Part shown: positions 59,391 to 64,000 of the stretch, piece after piece
Numbering within the stretch: position 1 is the stretch's first letter
Layout of the letters: the number at the start of each line of letters is the position of its first letter
Assembly: GCF_006345805.1 (NCBI RefSeq)
Contig: NC_043005.1
Span: forward strand, 22,692,001 to 22,756,000
Source: Octopus sinensis
Taxonomy: Eukaryota
Length of the DNA stretch: 64,000 bases
Direction of reading: 5' to 3'
Notes under the pieces: generated by a model
Told to the model about the DNA's origin: nothing
Database searches by the model: none
The model's input: the letters and a program-made list of their open reading frames with translations, nothing else
Made by a program: the position numbers and the translations under genes

Positions 59391-59782
59391 GGCACAGGAG
59401 TGGCTGTGTGGTAAGTAGCTTGCTTACCAACCACATGGTTCCGGGTTCAGTCCCACTGTGTAGCACCTTGGGCAAGTGTCTTCTAATATAGCCTCGGGCC
59501 GACCAAATCCTTGTGAGTGGATTTGGTAGACGGAAACTGAAAGAAGCCCATCGTATATATGTATGTGTGTGTATATGTTTGTGTGCCTGTGTTTGTACTG
59601 CAAGATTGCTTGACAGCCGATGCTGGTGTGTTTACGTCCCCACAACTTAGCAGTTTGGCAAAAGAGCCCGATATTATAAGTACTAGGCTTACAAAGAATA
59701 AGTCCTGGAGTCGATTTCCTTGATTAAAGGTGGTGCTCCAGCATGGTCGCAGTCAAATGACTGAAACAAGTAAAAGAATAAC
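59391..59782 (+). mobile_element. SINE family B, full length; a segment is duplicated identically at 58389-58575
   Basis: A-box-like TGGCTGTGTGGT, B-box-like GGTTCAGTCCC, and the family tail. Confidence 0.88.
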
Positions 59783-59879
59783 AAATCATATGAAGAAAAA
59801 GATTAAATATTTTGTTGAATGCCTATTAAGGATGCCAAAAGTTAACAACGTGTTGAAGTAGTGAATCAAAAGGATCTAA

Positions 59880-60725
59880 CTCTTCTAATCCGATCTTTTG
59901 TGCCACATAAACTCGCACATATATGAGTCCAGTAGACCTCTGTGAATGCAATTTTGTCTTTTATTTTTTTCTTTAGCACTCTTCCAAAGTCTTTCAATAT
60001 TTTAGGTGTGAGCCCCATTATTTGGATTGACAAAGTGTAGAGAATGATTCACATTGAGATGTTGAAAATGACCAATATTAATTATATTTTTATATGCTGA
60101 ACATTCATCACTGATCTTGGTAGTACCTGGTCTTATATTATCTTCTGTTATTGGAAGAAGTGTTATATTATCTTCTATCATTGGAAGACCTGCCGGGGTC
60201 AATAAACATGAAACACTCTTTTGTTTCTCTACAAATACCTCCAAATACCCATTGTTCAGGTAGTTGGCGTCCAACGCAATTTTTTGTTGGGTCCTCCTAT
60301 CACTCTTGGGTTTGCCAAAATGTGTGCAGCACAAACTTCTCTCAAATAGTTATTCCAGTCAACAATGCAATTGGCTTTCATTTCAAGCTCACGTTCACAA
60401 AATTTGATACTTGTCATGTCTTACAAATGGACTCTTCCCAAATGAACTATCTTCGAAAAAGCTTTCTCAAAAAGAGAATATTTATTAAGATCTAATTCTA
60501 CAACACATTTCAAAACTTGCGATGTTTGTTTTATATTATGAAGATAGTATTTATATTAGTTCTTAAAATGTCCTAAGTGTAAATTAATCTCAAGAAAAAC
60601 TAATAAGACATATATAAAGCACACTTGAAAAAAGTGATGGTTTTATATATGGGAGATAACCCTAGTTTTTAGTGGGGATATAACCTCATTTTTAATGGCA
60701 ATTTTTTGAAGGGGGTCAGATAACC
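59880..60725 (-). mobile_element. Merlin (ISXO2/IS1595-like) transposase relic
   Basis: CERELEMKANCIVDWNNYLREVC...GGPNKK...TLLPITEDNIRPGTTKISDECSAY...HLNVNHSLHFVNPNNGAHT*NIERLWK. Confidence 0.85.
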
Positions 60726-60729
60726 AAAA

Positions 60730-61400
60730 AGTATACTGGTTCTTTCTCTATTGGCAAGAAATCTTGAAATAACCTGGATAATGACATACATACATACTGT
60801 ATGCAAAGAATATGCACAAGATGAAAAAGAGCCTTGACCTAATTGCAACATTCTCAAAGGATATAGGGTTAGAATTTGGACAAGAGAAATGTTGTTATAT
60901 GGTTGTGAAAAGTGGGGAAAAACTGTAAACCAAATTAGCAACATTCCCATCAATGACTATATAGAGGAGGAATTTTACAGGTATCTAGGAGTAGATGAAA
61001 ACATATCTTTAGTGTATCACTAAAGAATATTACAGCCAAATAAAGAAAAGTTGAACCTCATAAGACTCTACAGCCAATAAAGCAGTGGCCCACAATTTAT
61101 ACGCAGTGCAAGTACTCATAGCAACATTTGGTCTGCTTGATTAGGTGCTTGATGAGATAGGAGCTATTGATGTGAAAACGCGAAAAATCTTAACAAACAC
61201 ATAATTTTTACATAAACAGTGACATAGACTGCCTCTACCTAAAATGAAAACAAGGCTGCAGAGGCTTAACATCGATCCAAAATATCGTATCATATTCCTT
61301 CAGCAATATCTTTTAACCACCAAGTCTCGAAGTGCATCCTTTGACCAAGTCTGCCTACGTGAGGCTGATAATATCATAAGACTGGGAAGGAATTTTTTTA
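60730..61400 (+). mobile_element. R4/Dong-like non-LTR RT fragment
   Basis: LYAKN...IATFSKDIGLEFGQEKC...YRYLGVDE...IDVKTRKILT...CLYLK*KQGCRGL. Confidence 0.75.
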
Positions 61401-61579
61401 TACGTCATTCTATCTTATAAATATTTCCCATAGCAGAATAGCATATCTAGACTGAAAATGAAAAGCTAAAATTTACAAGTCCTTATTGAACAAATGTTCA
61501 AAGTAACATTAATATTGTTGCAGAGCCTACAACAATAATTTTTTCATTATTATTGTAACTATTATTTTCTAATAATTTG

Positions 61580-61624
<45 letters not shown>

Positions 61625-61626
<2 letters not shown>

Positions 61627-61839
61627 TTTACTTGTTTCAGTCATTTGATTGTGGCCATGCTGAAGCACCACCTTGAAAGATTTTAACCAAACAAATGGAC
61701 CCGAGGACTTATTTCTTTTAAGTCTAGTACTTATTCTATCATTGTTGTTTGCTGAACTGCCAAGTTATTGGGACGTAAACATGCCAACACTGGTTGTCAA
61801 GCGGTGATGGGGAGACAAACTCAGACACACACAGACATC

Positions 61840-61901
<62 letters not shown>

Positions 61902-61981
61902 ATATGATGTATATTCAGTTTCAGTCTACTGAATCCACTCACAAAGCAGCCCAAGGTAGTAGAAGATACTGGAACCATGTG
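61625..61981 (-). mobile_element. SINE family B copy
   Basis: Reverse-complement tail TTTACTTGTTTCAGTCATTTG with an internal (TA)n. Confidence 0.8.
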
Positions 61982-61989
61982 AAATAAAA

Positions 61990-62230
61990 AACACCAGAAA
62001 GCTATTCAATAATACAGGGAAACAACAGACTCAGTTCACTGGACACCATATGAGAAAAAAAAGTTTTGAGCACTTGGTGATGATTTGGAAACTGAAAGAA
62101 ATAAATCAGAGAAGCCAAAAGGACTTGAAAGCCTGGCCCAATAATGTGCTAGAAAGACTACCGCAATAATATACTGTGTGTTAGACATAGGTGGCAAAGA
62201 AGTCCAAGACTGTTAGAAGAAAGAGATTTA
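61990..62230 (+). mobile_element. RTE-like LINE 3' fragment (degenerate)
   Basis: KQQTQFTGHHMRKK.FEHLVMIWKLK resembles the RTE ORF end. Confidence 0.45.
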
Positions 62231-64000
62231 ACCAAGTGTTTCTGGAAGGGACTTAAGGAATGAGTTTCAGCAATGCCTAATCAATTCTTAAAAGCATGGT
62301 TTCCACAAGTGTGAAAATATTTAATATAATGAAAAAATTATCATGAAGATATATAAGTATTTAAACTGAAATAGAAATAAAACATTTGTAAAATGTAGAA
62401 TTTTCATAGCTGCTGCATCACATCATATATATGGATATAGTAATATAATAACATAACATTGTAATAATTTAACATATAGCATAATAACAACATAATAATC
62501 ACATAATAATATAACAGCATAACGTATAGTAAAAACAGAGCAACTTATTAACAAAATTATAACAATATAAGATAATAATATAGTATAGTTGCTGTATAAT
62601 TAGTACTTACAAATTAAACTCTACAGTTTATATTTAGCTCATTGGTTTCTGTGTACTTCTGATTGAATCTTGAAAGTTAGACAGGAGAGGAATAATCAAC
62701 AGATAGTGCCTTACTATCTTTATTGTTAGCTCCAAGTTGTCCCTGATCTGGCAGACAGACCTACGATTCCATAAATGTCCTTAACAGTGGTAAATGATAT
62801 ATTGTTAAATACAGTGGGGGAGTTTGCAACAGGAATGAATGCTCTTCAAGTTCACAAATCTGAAGATATCAATGAGATAGTAATTGTTCTCTGCTTCTAG
62901 GTTTTTACTTATTAAAAACTGCTATCTCACAAATGTTCTCTTCCTAGGTATTCTAACACTACAATTCTTGATCACTTCTTTCTGAAAGATAAACCGTAAG
63001 TCATTAATTTATTGACAGAGATAAAATTCATTGAAAATGCTATGCATAGTTAATGTATTATGTATTAGCAGTAGATGTTGATTCAGAAAATTGTGGAAAG
63101 CAAGCAACCAGGTAGACTGATTAAAACAGAACCTGTTGCATTTATTGCTTACGTAATTTCAATGGTTTTCAATTTCCCCCAATTTTCTGAATGACACTAT
63201 GCACTGAATAAAATATATCGCAGCTATGAAATAAATATGTATGTAAATGTATTTTACCTGACACAGCTGGCCATTTATTGTAGATGGCAACTTTTATTGT
63301 AATTACCAGTTAGTTTTGTTTAATCAACTGTAAATAATTTTTAGTAACTGATCATGCAAGGGGCAATATTCTCCAACCCACGTAATTTCTTCTACAAAAT
63401 GTGAAATTATTCCTAAACATGCAAACACATTGTGATACCTATTTCAACAGCCCAGAATAATGCAATACACCTATGGCCAAACTACATAATCCTATAAATA
63501 CTATCTCCCCTTACTCAGTCCAGGTTAAAAAAATATGCACAGACATCTCAGAAGTAATTAGGCACCACACATTATAAAATTTTAACAGTGTGGATGTTAC
63601 TCATATGTACAATGCCCAAACTACTCATATAATATTAAAAAAACTGCACAAATCATGTCTACCAAATACTAGATTAAGTATTTAAACGCATCAAATGATA
63701 CTAGTTTGCTTTGAAAAATAAATCTTTTAAACATGATAGTGTCTATTTACTTTAGAAATGTCTATGTATATACAAAACTATGAGAAAGTAACACATTAAT
63801 AGATTTACAATCTACCAACTAAAAATATCGACCATCTCACATCAGAATTTAAACAACACTGTATACTATAAGTCTTGAAAACTTACAGTTTATTTTAACT
63901 TAAACTCTTTATAGCAAAAAGGATTTGAACCTTTTCTTTCAAGATCTGTGTATATACAGATGTTTGTGTACATACAGTGAGAAACAGCAACTATCATACT

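Noticed and set aside
62640-63400. Possible host exons (AG/GT-like sites)
   Set aside because: No convincing donor-acceptor pair or recognisable peptide.

Overview
AT-rich, microsatellite-laden eukaryotic genomic DNA. The SINE types and repeats suggest an octopus/cephalopod (inference, no database check). I recognise no host protein-coding gene with confidence. Almost all interpretable sequence is transposon-derived: Penelope-like elements (PLEs), Tx1/L1-, RTE-, CR1/Jockey- and R4/Dong-like LINE fragments, two tRNA-derived SINE families, and mariner, Tigger, Merlin, hAT and foldback-type DNA transposon relics. The main hidden signal is a set of type I hammerhead ribozymes folded by hand from the sequence. 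Canonical-core copies are at 3035-3122, 28076-28160, 32066-32156, 34267-34357 and 48653-48700, and a mutated copy is at 28698-28783. U3-A8 covariant-core copies are at 29131-29169, 30476-30515 and 31566-31609. Most sit at the outward-pointing ends of long inverted duplications in an ~11.5-kb PLE nest (26-37.4 kb). One lies in a 485-bp ORF-less unit bounded by 48-bp direct repeats (retrozyme candidate). The window also has many short perfect fold-back duplications, an ORF1-only Tx1-like element with a SINE-like tail, and a PLE endonuclease split by an ~880-bp low-complexity insert. Coordinates were read by eye; the boundaries of degenerate elements are approximate.
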